This document shows positions 1 through 12,525 of a stretch of 64,000 nucleotides of DNA, one piece after another. Source of the DNA: Leucoraja ocellata (taxonomy: Eukaryota); NCBI GenBank assembly GCA_036785375.1, contig JAWMAR010000026.1:8308001-8372000 (forward strand), read 5' to 3'. Under the pieces are notes generated by a model. The model saw only the letters and a list, made by a program, of their open reading frames with translations, was not told the DNA's origin and ran no database searches. The position numbers and the translations under genes are program-made. Position 1 is the stretch's first letter; each line of letters begins with the position of its first letter.

Positions 1-155
1 CTGCATTTTGTGTCCATCTTCAATTTTCTTGGCCCCGCTCTGGGAATAGAAGTGGTGGCGGATCCGGGCCGAGCTCAGTGATCATTCGCCTGCTTCTGCT
101 GCTGTTGGCTGCGGCCATATGATGCAGGTGAGACATTACGTCGCGCCAGGGTCTT

Positions 156-381
156 GGGCCTGTCCCACTTTGGCTGTCAGTTCTGCGACAGGCCGTTGGC
201 GTGCAAAGATTTTGTTCGCTACAAAAATTTCGGAGCCCCGCGCGATGTCGCGCACAACTACATACCCCTCTGCGCTTCTCAGTGGAACCGGCCCCGTGAG
301 GCCATACAATGCCCATGCACCTCAATGCGACCACGAGGTCGCGTAATTTGCTTGCCAAGGACATGTAAATGGGACAGGCCC
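156..381. mobile_element. MITE-like non-autonomous DNA transposon segment (PIF/Harbinger-type TIR)
   Basis: Inverted pair gggcctgtccca (156-167) and tgggacaggccc (370-381), followed by TTAA. CpG-rich interior; may extend left to about 30. Confidence 0.55.
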
Positions 382-720
382 TTAAGTCCACAACTTGTGA
401 AGTAGGGTTTTCCTCATCTGAACCTCAGAGATATGGCATATTATGACAGTGCACCCAAAGAGGCAGCTCTTTGTCCTCCCCTACTCCCTCACTTCTCATT
501 CTCCTTCTACTGCTGCCGTGCAGTGGGCAAGGCCTGTGCCTTCCCTGGAGTCAGCTTGTGGCGAATGCAAGAGGTAATGTAGATGCATGGCAACATCTCA
601 AAACAAATTTGTAGGAGTGTCTCCTGATCTATCCAACCTCAGAATGAGGACCCCCGTGTTAGTTGCTACAAAGCTTCTCTGTTGCAATGCCCGAGTTAGT
701 CAGAAACTATTAGCAATGCC

Positions 721-1643
721 TACCGGAAGTGGCGGCGCTGGTGAACGGCTGCGGCTCGCCTGCAGTCCGTTTGTCTTTACTTTTTTGTGTCGTTTTTTTT
801 CGTTTTGTCTAGTTAAGTTTTTTGTTTTTAGGTTGTGTTTATGTGGGGGGGGGGGGGTGAAACGGGGCTTGCTGTCTCTCCTTTCGGGGAATGCAACTTT
901 TTTGTCGTATCCCCCTTCTCTGCCTCCGTCTGCGCTGAGGCCTAATGGCGGAGCTGGCGACCTCGAGACTCCAGAGGCAGAGCCAGTCAGGACTTGCCCT
1001 GGGCTCGCTCCCGTGAGGGCGGTCCGGCTCAGGGCTGGAACGGCGCTCCCGTGAGGGGCTGTGACGCTCCCGTGAGGGCGGCCTGGCACGGGGCTGAGAC
1101 TCTCCCGTGAGGGGCTGTGGCGCTCCCGTCGGGGCAGCCCAGCCCGAGGGTGGAACGGCACTCCCGTCGGAGCGGCCCAGCTCGAGGGAGGAACGGCACT
1201 CACGTGAGGGCGATCCGGCTCGGGGCTGGAACGGTGCTCTGGTGGATGGGACGGCGTTCGGGCGGCTATGACCTGAGTCCGGGGTTCAGCCGCGGGCCAG
1301 CGGCTGCGTCCGCTGGACTGGAGGGCGGCAGCTTCGACCACCCCGGGCCGCGGTGTTTGAGCCGGCCCGTTTGCGGGGTTCGATGAGCCACGGGACTGTT
1401 TGTGCCATCGCCCGGTGCGGAATCACCTCAGCGCAGAGGGAGAAGAGGAGGGAAGAGACTGCAGCCCTAAGATTTTTGCCTCCACCACAGTGAGGAGGTG
1501 CTTGGAGGATACACTGTGGTGGATGTTAATTTGTGTTTAGTGTTGTTTATTATTGTATGATTGTATGTATGACTGCAGGCACGAAATTTCGTTCAGATCG
1601 TAAGGTCTGAATGACAAGAAAGGTATTCAATTCAATTCAATTC
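721..1643 (+). mobile_element. GC-rich non-coding retroposon (SINE-like) with Rex1/Babar-type 3' tail
   Basis: 5' ccggaagtggcggcg head, internal minisatellite, and 3' gaaatttcg-stem-loop-tgacaagaaagg-(attca)n. The 5' boundary is approximate. Confidence 0.6.
1007..1238 (+). repeat. Minisatellite, about 7 units of variable length with core (g/a)ctcccgtgaggg
   Basis: The core recurs every 21-38 bp. Confidence 0.85.
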
Positions 1644-2017
1644 TGATCCTGATTATGAACCAATGTCTAGGGTTTGATAAAATGTGGTTTCATGATTATG
1701 GATTAGGTGACATCTCCATATTCAGAAACTTGACTCATTGATGATCTATGGTACAGAAAGAGGCAATTGGGTCCATCATTTGTGTGTCAATGTTGTACAA
1801 AACAGATGGAAAGTTATTGAAATGCTTTGAGAGCCTCTGGAGTGGTGCTGCTGTGAAACTGTTATGTTGGTAAATATGAGAAAATGAGGGAGAAAACAAA
1901 CAAATCAATGCATGGAGTTGCTACAGATCTCCAATCCTGTTTGTGAGCAGACTATGATTACAGAGGAACTCCCAGAGAGAAAACAGAAACACATCCACTC
2001 CATCATAAGATACTTAC

Positions 2018-2178
2018 GAATAGATTCGAGTCTGGTACAACAGCGTATCCTTGAAATTGATATTTTCACATAGGCATTCAAAGTCACTGTAATTCACCAT
2101 GGCACTGATCAACAGTGTCAGCTCCCGAGTGCCATCTTCCAAAATAATATGGGCAGGCTCTGGATCAGTCTCCACCAC
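2018..2178 (-). CDS. HYDIN: HYDIN coding exon
   Basis: tctctgtaag|GTG...TAT TC|gtaagt, 161 nt. VVETDPEPAHIILEDGTRELTLLISAMVNYSDF...FKDTLLYQTRIY. Confidence 0.95.
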
Positions 2179-2280
2179 CTTACAGAGACAGAAAGGAATA
2201 AGGATTGAAAAACAAACATCTGGATACAATTCACTGTCCATGCGTGGACTAGTGTAGAATTTGCATCAAGATGCACATTA

Positions 2281-2888
2281 ATGGCTTTCATAGTGAGAGG
2301 ATTTGAGTATAGATGCAAGGAGGTCCTAAAGCAGTTGTACAGGGCCCTGGTGAGACCACACCTGGAGTATTGTATGCAGTTTTGCTCTCCTAATTTGAGG
2401 AAGGACATTTTTGCTATTGAGGGAGTGCAGTGTTGGATCACCAGGTTAATTCCCTGGATGGCGGGACTGACATATGATGAATGAATGGATCGATCGGGCT
2501 TATATTCACTGCAATTTAGAAGGGTGAGAGGGGATCTTATAGAATCATCTAAAAATCTTAAGGGATTGGACAGGCTAGATGCAGGAAAAATGTTCCCAAT
2601 GTTGGGGGAGTCCAGAACCGGGGTCACATTTTAAGAATAAGGGCGAGGTCATTTAGGACTGAGATGAGGACTAACTTTTTCATCCAGAGAGTTGTGAATC
2701 TGTGGAATTCTCTGCCACAGACAGCAGTGGAGGCCAATTAATTGGATCTATTCAAGAGAGAGTTAGATATAGCTCTTAGGGCTAATGGAATCAAGAGATA
2801 TGGGGAGAAAGCAGGAACATGGTACTGATTTAAGATGATCAGCCAGGATCATACTGAATGGTCCAAAGGCACCTATTTTCTATGTATT
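2281..2888 (+). mobile_element. CR1 LINE 3' fragment
   Basis: LYRALVRPHLEYC..RKDI..IEGVQ, with internal stops; CR1 3' end. Confidence 0.9.
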
Positions 2889-4284
2889 TTAATTGTGGCT
2901 TCATCTTACTCGTGTATAGTACGATTTGACTAGATAGCGCATAAATAAAGCTTTTTACTGCATCTTGGTGCATGAGACAATAATAATCTAATATCAATAC
3001 TCCAATACCAATAATGCCAGGTTTCCTGCATATGGATTGCGCTGCAAGAGGAGATGGTGAAATCAGATACAATTACTATGTTTAAAAGGCATTTAGATAG
3101 ATATTTCATGACAGGCATTGATGCTTTTGGTCCTTATGCGGGCAAATGAGATTAGTTAGGCAAAAATGTTGGCATGGACATGGTAGGCTGAAGGGCATAT
3201 TTCTGTGTTGCACCAATCCAAGACTCGGTAAGTCAAGACGAACCGAATGGATTGCAAAGGGAATGCCATAGATGTTATATATAAGGATTTACAGCAAGCC
3301 ATATAGTAAACCTGCAATGGAAATAATTGCAGATACTATCAAAGGGTTATTTATCAGATTTGAGGGATTCAATATTGTTTTCAATATTGGGACATGTTCT
3401 CCATTTATACAAACACGGTGAATGTGTCAGAGATTATTGATGAAAATTGCAAGGGATCCTGTAGAGGGGGCAGTAGTTTATGGACAAGCAAATGGAAATG
3501 GCATAAATGGATGGATACAGTTTACTGCAAAGAAACATGAAGGAGAGTATAGGATAAGATGATTGAACAACAAGACAAGATTCTTAATGGCAGACTGCAG
3601 AAGGGCAAATACAATGAAGAAGGAGTGAAAGAAGGAGCAAGAATGCCATATAACAGATCTATGTTTACAGTGGAATGTTGTTCAAGTCACACAACAATGG
3701 AAACAGGTCCTTCAGCTCCACACATCCATGTCTACCAAAGGGCCCATTTCTGCGCTGACCAATTTCATGACTCACTCTAATTCCATTTGCCTGCATGTTC
3801 CTCAGAAACCTTTCCTAGCCATGAAACTGTCCAGATCCCTCTTCAACATTGTAATCGTGTACCTACCACTATCACATTCTATTTAGCCACCATCCTTGTG
3901 TAAAATGCTTGCCTCTAACTTTTTCCACAATCAAGTATGCATCCAGTGTTAGACTCCCCAACTCTGGAAAAACCCTATGTAAACATCCACTTCATTCATT
4001 TATAAACCTCCATATGGTCATCGCTCAGCCTCCATTGCTCCATGGAAAACAGTTCTAGCCTATCCAAAATCTCCTTATAACAAGCACTCCAGTCCAGGCA
4101 ACATTCTGGTGAATCTTTCCTGCACCTTCTGTGGCATTAGTACATGCTTGTTAGAGTCTGGTGACCAGCACTGCACAGAATACTCCAAATGCAATCTCAC
4201 TAATGTTGTTTGTAAGGGATCTTACAAGCTCACAGAAAGGGATTTGTTTTGTGATGTCCTGCTCAACTTTCTCAGGAACCGATA

Positions 4285-4729
4285 TCTATCTATCTATCTA
4301 TATTTAAAACTCTGTGTGTGTCTGGCTGTGTGGCAATGTGTGTTTCTGACTTGTGGCTGCCAGCCTTTGATTCGTTGCTACGCCAACACCCGACCCAGAA
4401 ATGCAGAGTTTCTTTCCATTTCGGTAGAGATTTCACTTTTAATTCCAAGTATCCACTCCTCATTAAATTTTGTCGTGTTTATGTACACATTTTTAATAAA
4501 ATCCTCCCCCCCCCCCCCCCCCCCAACTCACTCATTTTGTCGCCTCCTGCTGGCCAGCGACCATAACGGCTGCTGGCGCCCGCATCTCGCCTCAAAGACG
4601 CCATTTAAAAACAGCCGCACTGCTGATTCCTGAGCCGCTTGAGTTGGAGGACCACGTCTCCCGTGGGGGCTACGGGTAGAGAACGGCTACGTTGGGGGAG
4701 CAGACCCAACGGGTCTGCGCTTGGTCTAG
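4285..4729 (+). mobile_element. Non-autonomous Helitron
   Basis: 5' a|TCTATC..TATATTTAAAAC; subterminal hairpin gcagaccc-aac-gggtctgc (4700-4718); 3' CTAG|t. Inserted in an AT site with no TSD. Confidence 0.85.
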
Positions 4730-5902
4730 TTCCATTTAAAATTCTTATGTTGATTTTTAATTTTGACAGTAGCTTCATCCCACCTTAACTTTTCAATTCT
4801 TCCCAGTCTTATATTGCACAAATTCTACCTCTGTCACTCCTGCATTCTTTGCTGAATAACACTCTTTTCTCCAACCCAATGTGCTATCAGCTAGATTATA
4901 TGCTTCACCAAGGCCTATCAGTTCTCACAGGGATGTAACTGGATCCCAAAACATGATTTGAAAGAATATCAGGGCAGTTGCTCTGATTTTCAGGCCATTA
5001 CTCATTCATCAACCAACATCACCAATATAGTTCATATAGTTGTTTGATGTGCACAGATTGCTTGCTGTTGTTTTTACATTACTATAGATACATTTGAAAA
5101 ATTATTTGGGACAACACTTGAATAGACAAGGCACTGAATTAGAAAGTCATAATACAGGAAAATGGGTTTGGTGCAGATGGACAAAAAGATCAGCATTGAT
5201 ATGGTGGACATTTCTGTCCTGACCAATTTCATGACTATCTCACAAACACATATACATACACACCTTAGCATGTACATAAATTCAGATACAGACATACATG
5301 CGCATGCACTTGGTGCATATGTATGAAGCCTCAGCAGGGGTGATCTTAGTAAAATATCATCTGCTGTAATTCCTACACTGCCTCAGTTGCTATGTTTCAT
5401 AATCAATGGAATGCACTGCTAAGCCGTGTGGCCGAGGCAGGCACAATTGTGGCATTTAAGTGAATTTTGGATTGGCATATGGATACGCAAGGAATGAAGA
5501 GACATAAATTAAGTGCAGGCAAATATGCGTTAGCCTTGGGATCATATTCAGCGCAGACATTGTGGGATTTTATGGTACTGTTCTCTGTTCTATGTTTTTT
5601 TGTCATGTTAATATCCATTCATTTTTAATTATTATTGATGTGCACTCTGTATCTTTATCTCATTTAAACTCAGTAACTTAAGCTACTTATTACTCCAACT
5701 GCTATTAAACTATCCTCATCAACTCCTTCCAGATTCTATCACTTACCAACATAGTAGGAGCAATTTACAATGGCCAATTAACCTATCAACCCACGTCATT
5801 GAGATGAGGGAGGAAATTGGAGCCCTGGGGAAAACCCACATTATCACATGCAAATGTATTGCAAAAGTTGATGTATTTGCACAAATACAAACAACACGTG
5901 GA

Positions 5903-5967
5903 CACACACGCACGCACACACACGCACACACACGCACACACACACGCACACACATGCACACACACAC
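5903..5967. repeat. (CA)n/(CG) microsatellite next to an exon donor
   Basis: Read directly from the sequence. Confidence 0.9.
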
Positions 5968-5988
5968 TGCTTTTAGTAGGAAACTCAC

Positions 5989-6198
5989 CTTCTTCTTGGC
6001 GGGTCGAGAACCTTTTTTAGCATCAATCCACTTAACTACACTCAGGCGATTATCCCAATCTGGAACCTGGTCAGCAGGCACTGGGAAAGTGATCTTCGAC
6101 ACTGTGCATTTTACTACCTTACTGTTGTATGTGATCGGTAGGTCAGACTTTAATGTCACATTTATATCCTTTGCGCATCCAGCATGCAGATGGCCAAA
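5989..6198 (-). CDS. HYDIN: HYDIN coding exon
   Basis: tactggttag|TTT...AAG|gtgagt, 210 nt. FGHLHAGCAKDINVTLKSDLP...PADQVPDWDNRLSVVKWID. Confidence 0.95.
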
Positions 6199-7038
6199 CT
6201 AACCAGTAAAAATAGCAAAACATAAGACATAGAGAATGTTAGCAATGAAGCCAATTGGTTAAATTTCCCATTTCTTCTCCCATTCTCTTTTTGATAGTTG
6301 AATCCAGGCAAACACATATCAGACAGCTAGCTGCAAGCCAGGGGCAGGGCCAATCTTGGAACTAGTGGCAGGGAAACAGCTAGGCCAAATTCAGTACAGA
6401 ACAGAAATCAGTCATTGTCTAAAATCTCCTTAATGTGATCATCTCATTACATCAAAACCACCGACATATCGACTTTAATCAAATAATAAAATTATGCATG
6501 GATAAATAAACCTGGACTACAAGTAGGGGATGTTATTATTTCCTTGTGGTTATCTCCTGACTATCAATTCATAATTATGAACTGTTTAGAATGATTGACA
6601 AGTTCTTGAGAATCCACGTTAGTATTGACATATTTCTCAAAATCCCCTGCAAATGAAAGTGAGCCCTGTAATAATTGAAACAATCTTGGGTGGCCTCTAT
6701 AAACACTGACGGATTGCAGGGTAATGTCAAAACACTTTTATGAACATCGGCAGACACACGCAAATACTGACATAGAACAATTTAGACTTTAAACTTTAGA
6801 GATATAGCGTGGGACAGGCCCTTCAGCCCACCAAGTCTGCCCTGACCAGTGTTCTTCCCTATACACTAGCTCTATTCTACACACTAGAGACAATTTACAG
6901 TTTTATCAAAGCCAATTAACCTCCAAACCTGTACATCTTTGGAGTGTGGGAGGAAACCGGGGCACCCAGAGGAAACCCATGCAGTCACAGGGAGAATGTA
7001 CAAACTCCATCCAGATAGCATCCATAATCAAGATCAAA

Positions 7039-7819
7039 GATGCAGTTGTACAGAGCCCTAGTGAGACCACACCTGGAGTATTGTGTGCAATTTTGGTCCC
7101 CTAATTTGAGGAAGGACATTCTTGCTATTGAGGGAGTGCAGCGTAGGTTTACAAGGTTAATTCCCGGGATGGCGGGACTGTCATATGCTGAGAGAATGGA
7201 GCAGCTGGGCTTGTACACTCTGGAGTTTAGAAGGATGCGAGGGCATCTCATTGAAGCATATAAGATTGTTAAGGGCCTGGACACGCTAGAGGCAGGAAAC
7301 ATGTTCCCCATGTTGGGGGAGTCCAGAACCAGGGGCCACAGTTCAAGAATAAGGAGTAAGCCATTTAGAACGGAGACGACGAAACACTTTTTCTCACAGA
7401 GAGTTGTGAGTCTGTGGAATTCTCTGCCTCAGAGGGCGGTGGAGGCAGGTTCTCTGGATGCTTTCAAGAGAGAGTTAGACAGGGCTCTTAAAAATAGCGG
7501 AATCAGGGGATATGGGGAGAAGGCTGGAACGGGGTACTGATTGGGGGTGATCAGCCATGATCTCAGATTCAGATTCAATTTTAATTGTCATTGTCAGTGT
7601 ACAGTACAGAGACAACGAAATGCATTTAGCATCTCCCTTGAAGAGCGACATAGCAAACGATTTGAATAAAAAAAAAAAATAAGTGTCCGGGGGGGGGGGG
7701 GGGGGGGGGGGGGGTGGTGATTGGCAGTCATCGAGGTACGTTGTACGTTGATCTCATTGAATGGCGGTGCTGGCTCGAAAGGCCAAATGGCCTACTCCTG
7801 CACCTATTGTCTATTGTCT
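7039..7819 (+). mobile_element. CR1 LINE 3' fragment (open 166-aa ORF2 C-terminus)
   Basis: ORF 7040-7540; tail ctattgtctattgtcta. Confidence 0.92.
7566..7748 (-). mobile_element. Short Rex1/Babar-tailed retro-insertion inside the CR1 3'UTR
   Basis: 8-bp direct repeat tgatctca at 7558-7565 and 7749-7756. Minus strand ends tttcgttg..tgacaattaaaattgaatctgaatc. Confidence 0.7.
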
Positions 7820-7879
7820 AAACCAGGTCTCTGGCATGCAAGGCAGCAATTCTACTACTACCTCACTGTGCCGCCCTAA

Positions 7880-8390
7880 GACCTTTCTGTCCTGGGCTTC
7901 CGCCCTGGCCAGAATGAGGTCACATGCAAACTGGACGAACAACATCTTATCTTTCATTTGGCTGGCTTACTATTCAACAGTATAAACATTGAATTCTCCA
8001 GTTTTAGGTAACTAAACCCTCCCCTCTCCCTTTTACCCCCACATTCTCCCCCCCAACCCTTTTCCCCCTCCACCCACCTCGATTCACACCTAGTTCTCCT
8101 ATATATCAACTATATTCCTTCCTCTAGCTTCACAATTTGCAACTCTTCAATCCTTTTGTTTCACAACTTATGTTTTTACATCTCTGGCCTTTGTCCAATC
8201 ATCTGCCTATCAACCCCCTATCTGTATCAATGTGTCACCTGCCAGGCTTTGTCCTGCCCTTCCACTCTTCCAGCTTTCTCTACCCTACAATTAGTCTGAA
8301 GAAGGGTCCCGAGCCAACACATCACCTATCCATGTTCTCCAGAATTGCAGCATGACCCGCTGAATTACTCCAGCACTTTGTGTCATTTTT
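7880..8390 (+). mobile_element. Penelope-like element 3' remnant (GIY-YIG C-terminus plus terminal unit)
   Basis: LSVLG..KLDEQHLIFHL..INIEFSSFR*, followed by the ctgaagaagggtccc.. terminal unit. Confidence 0.75.
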
Positions 8391-8945
8391 TAAATCATTA
8401 ATGTGTCATGTTAGTGATGTAGCTGGAGCAATCACATTGGATTGAATTGGGATGAATTTCAGAAAGTGCTGCCTCATGAAGGCAGATAATATAATCAAAG
8501 TTTCACAGAAACCTGGCCATGTTCTCTTCTTGCTGCTACCTTCGGGAAAGGTACCCTCTAGGTTCAAGGCAGCTTCGTCCCATTAACCGTCAGGCTCTTG
8601 AACCACACTGCACAAGCTACCTCAGCATCAAACCACTATGGACTCTAACAGGTTGCACTATTATGGGTGGTTACTTAGTATTATTGATAATTTGTTGTAT
8701 TGTTGTTTATGGTACATTTATTTGTTGTGTTGTTGTGCTAATGTGCCTGAAAAGCGGCATCAAGTAATAATTTCATTGTTCCATTCCCAGTGTAAATGAC
8801 AATTAAATGCATTCACATGGCAATTCAGTCATTCTTTGAAGAGAAAAAAAGCATTGATATCCCTCTGTATCATAAGCAACATTATTTCAAATGTACCTTG
8901 TTGCTGGTTTGATGATGTGGTGTTTAATTAGGCACTTTTAATTAC

Positions 8946-9091
8946 CTGTGGGGAGAACTTGACTTCATTGTTATCTGACAGCCACTGAAATCGGACGACA
9001 TCTATTACACTTCGATTGGTCATCATGAAGGTCACCTGATAGGGCTTGCCAATGTAGCAGTCTCCAAAATGAATGTGGTTCAAGTATTGTG
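8946..9091 (-). CDS. HYDIN: HYDIN coding exon
   Basis: ttatcctag|CA...CAG|gtaatt, 146 nt. QYLNHIHFGDCYIGKPYQVTFMMTNRSVIDVVRFQWLSDNNEVKFSPQ. Confidence 0.93.
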
Positions 9092-9654
9092 CTAGGATAA
9101 ATCACCATAACATGACGTTATTATTTCTCATTTCCTACAACACGTAACTAAATTCAATTGCTGTAAATGAACTTGATAGTGGAGGTGTAACAATGCATTG
9201 AAAAGTCAGCAAACAATTAGGGCTTAAATCTTTACTGTCGGACACAAATTCACAACTTTCTACATCAAAGACCAAGGGTCTGAGACTTCAACACTGTTGT
9301 ATACAAGCACTATAGTTCCCAACGTCAAACTGTCTGCTGCATGATGTGCAAATTGATAAGGTGAGATACAAGCAGCTCAAACAAGATACCCAGAGTTCAC
9401 TTGCAGAATATTCACAGACCCACTTAGAATTTGCTACATATAAAGTTGCAGTTTAGCGCAGCTGATTGAACTGGTCCTTGATGGGGCCTTAAAGTAACAT
9501 TACTATCCACAATAAATATCATATAATACTACAATTTTATATGTTGTGACAGCACCCTATCCCGTAGGGTGTTACTTTGATCCATTTAACTGGCTGACAG
9601 GCCAGAGTGGCCAACTCCCAGCATTATTACTGTTGGTTGGCCACTTGAACAAAG

Positions 9655-9860
9655 AAAGAGAGAGAGGGAGAAAGAGAGAGTGAAAGAGTGAGGAAGAGGG
9701 AGAGAAAGAGAGAGAGTGAGAAAGAGAGAGAGTGTGAGGACGAGAGAGAGAGAGAGTGAGGGAGAATGAGAAAGAGACAGCGAGAAAGGGAAAGAGAGAG
9801 AGAGTGAGAAAGAGATGGGGAGCGTGAGGGTGAGGGGTAGGAGGAGGGGGAGAGGGAGAG
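9655..9860. repeat. GA-rich low-complexity tract
   Basis: Read directly from the sequence. Confidence 0.85.
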
Positions 9861-9954
9861 AACATTTTTTTTACCACTATTGGAAAAGGACAAAGACAGG
9901 CTAGGATCAAGTTCTCTACATTGAGTATCTGAAATCCAGATGCACTCAGCAACA

Positions 9955-10842
9955 TGCTGTCCCAACTCTATAATCAAGTTTACTGATGACACTGTGGTGG
10001 TGGGCCTGATCTCCAATAAGAATGCGAAGGCCTACCAGGAGGAGGTGGCTGATCTGGCACTCTGGTGTCAGGACAACAGCCTCCTCTTGAATGTCATAAA
10101 AACTAAGGAGCAGATTGTGGACTTTAGAAGGGCACAACAACCGAGGACGTATACGCCTCTGGAGATAAATGGGGCTACTGTGAATAGGGTGAGCTACTTT
10201 AAATACCTGGGAGTCCACATCACAGAGGATCTGACATGGACATCACACGCTGCCACACTGGTGAGTAAGGCAAGGCTGCGCCTTTACCACCTCAGGCAGC
10301 TGAGGAAATTCAGAGTCTCTCTGAGGATCCTTCAGTGCTTCTACTCAGGGGCTGTAGAAAGCATCTTGTCCAGCAACATCACAATCTGGTTTGGGAACTG
10401 CTCTGCCCAGGACAAGAAGGCTCTGCAGAGAGTAGTGTGTTCGGTCGAACGCTCTATGGGAACTACACTCGCCCCCCTGCAGGAACTATACATCAGAATG
10501 TGCAGATCCAGAGCCAGCAACATTATGGGGGACCACTACCACCCCAGCAACGGACTGTTCCAGCTGCTACGGTCTCCGCTGTCATGCTGTGAAAACAGAG
10601 AGGATGAGACGGAGTTTCTTCCCACAGGCCTTTAGGACTGTAAACTCTTATCTCACCAGGGACTAATTTACTGTACCAATTTGCTGTTGTGCTGTGTCTT
10701 TTTAAAATTGCAGGGTTTTTTCTAACACAAATACTGATTCTGATCTATTCTGTTCTGTAGTTTTTTGCACAATCCACAGGCATTGCCACTTTCATTTCAC
10801 TGTACATCTTGTATGTGTATGTGACAAATAAACGTGACTTGA
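9955..10842 (+). mobile_element. Rex1/Babar LINE 3' fragment (RT C-terminus)
   Basis: IIKFTDDTVVVGLIS..WCQDNSLLLN..FKYLGVHITEDLTW; tail tttcactg..gtgacaaataaac. Confidence 0.88.
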
Positions 10843-12146
10843 ATAATGCAATTAATTATTTAATTAAGAATTGAAAACTAAGCAGATATGTAGAAAGATC
10901 TTAGAAACGAAGATGGAATTTGGGTGGGGAGAAGCATGTAGAATGCTGGTAACATTGTAATTGAAGATGTTTTGTAGATGTGCCGCATTAAAGAGGATTA
11001 CAAAGAAGAGCGACTACCTGAGTCTAAAACAAACATACATTGAGTATACTGATGGAAGCAGGCTATATAATTCAAAAGGAATACTCTGCCAAAGGCAACA
11101 AGAACATTAGAGAAAGTGTGTGATATATTGCGTGTGAATACTGTGGAAAGAGGATAAGTTAATTGTCTAATATCTTTAATAATGGGGCTATGATTCAAAA
11201 ACTTGCACATAAAATGACAATGGACAGTGTGGCTAATCGTGAGGAAGGTGGTGGAAAGATATCCGTGGATTGCTCAGGTTGGCAAGTAAATGACAGAAGA
11301 AAATCTGCCTAAAGAAGTGTGGGACATTTTCAGAGAAAGCAAACAAAGCAATGGAATGCACAATACATGGTAGGATCTATTTATTTCATAACAGATAAAC
11401 AAGGTGGATACATACACACGAGATGCTAGCTCTTTATGGATAAGCAACAGAATGTAAGAGCACAGCTGTGATTCTAGAATTGCACAAAACACTATTTCAC
11501 CCACAGTTGGAGTAACGCGTTAAGATCGTATCACACCAAAGGCAGGATGTGGCATAACTTGAGGGTACAGAAAGATTTGCAAAGGAGTTGCAAGGGCTAG
11601 AAAACAGAAGTTATGTGGCAGACTTGAGATGCTTTCTCTGGAATAAAGAAGAGCGAGGGAAAACTTGATTAAGGTGGATGAAATATGGCAGAGAGTAAAA
11701 CCTATTTCACTTGGGCGAGGTAAATAAAGTAGGGAAAAGATTAAATTTAAAGATTTAAAGAGTAGAGATCATCATTTTTTCAATATGGGAGTCTGTAGCA
11801 GACAGTCCTACTGAATGGTAATCAGCAAGCCTAAACATATTTTAAAATGGATCAGTCTGCACACTTGTAGAGCCATAAATTATGAATGTGTGGATCAAGA
11901 ATGATGATGTTAGAAATATCCAAGCAGCTCCTATTTAGTCAGCATGAACATGGTGGGTTGCATAGCCTCCTTCTGCTGTATAGTTGATGATTCTATAGTT
12001 GCTTAAGGAGTTTTCGGTTGTGATGGTATTTGAATAATTTGCATAATGTGAATCTTTAGAGTAAGAGACCCGTTGGCCTACCCTCACCCTAACCTTTGCA
12101 TTTCAGGACCAGCTGAGGGGCAGGGATGGTTGGTCTACAGGTAATT

Positions 12147-12525
12147 GAAACATCGAAACATTGAAAATAGATGCAGAAGTAGGTTATTCGTCGCTTAGAC
12201 CAAGCACCATCATTCAATATGATCATGACTGATCATCCAAAATCAGTACCCCATTCTGGTTTTCTCCCCATATCCCTTGATTCCATTAGCCCCAAGAGCT
12301 ATATCTAACTTTCTCTTGAAAACATACAGTGAATTGGCCTCCACTGCCTTCTGTGGCAGTGAATTCCACAGATTCACACACTCTGGGTGAAAACGTTTTT
12401 CCATATCTCAATCCTAAATGGCCTACCCCTTATTCTTAAACTGTGATTCCTGGTTCTGGACTCCACCAACATTGGGAACATTTTTGCTACATCTAGCCTA
12501 TCCAATCCCTTAAGAATTTTATAAA
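12147..12525 (-). mobile_element. CR1 LINE 3' fragment
   Basis: Reverse complement of the CR1 3' end seen at 7300-7800 and 37900-38250. Confidence 0.88.

Larger units (their letters stand above)
6781..7876 (-). mobile_element. tRNA-derived V-SINE (HE1-like), split by a CR1 insertion (pieces 6781-7038 and 7822-7876)
   Basis: V-domain ggagtgtgggaggaaaccgg..gggagaatgtacaaactcc; tail tttagacttt; the head resumes after the CR1 (ccaggtctctgg..ctgtgccgccc). Confidence 0.8.

Noticed and set aside
1007-1238. Repeat-spacer appearance suggesting a CRISPR array
   Set aside because: Eukaryotic intron; the spacers are related to each other and variable in length, and there are no cas genes. It is a minisatellite.
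587-1386. Overlapping 155-213 aa ORFs
   Set aside because: By-products of a GC-rich repeat and minisatellite; no domain signal and no splice context.
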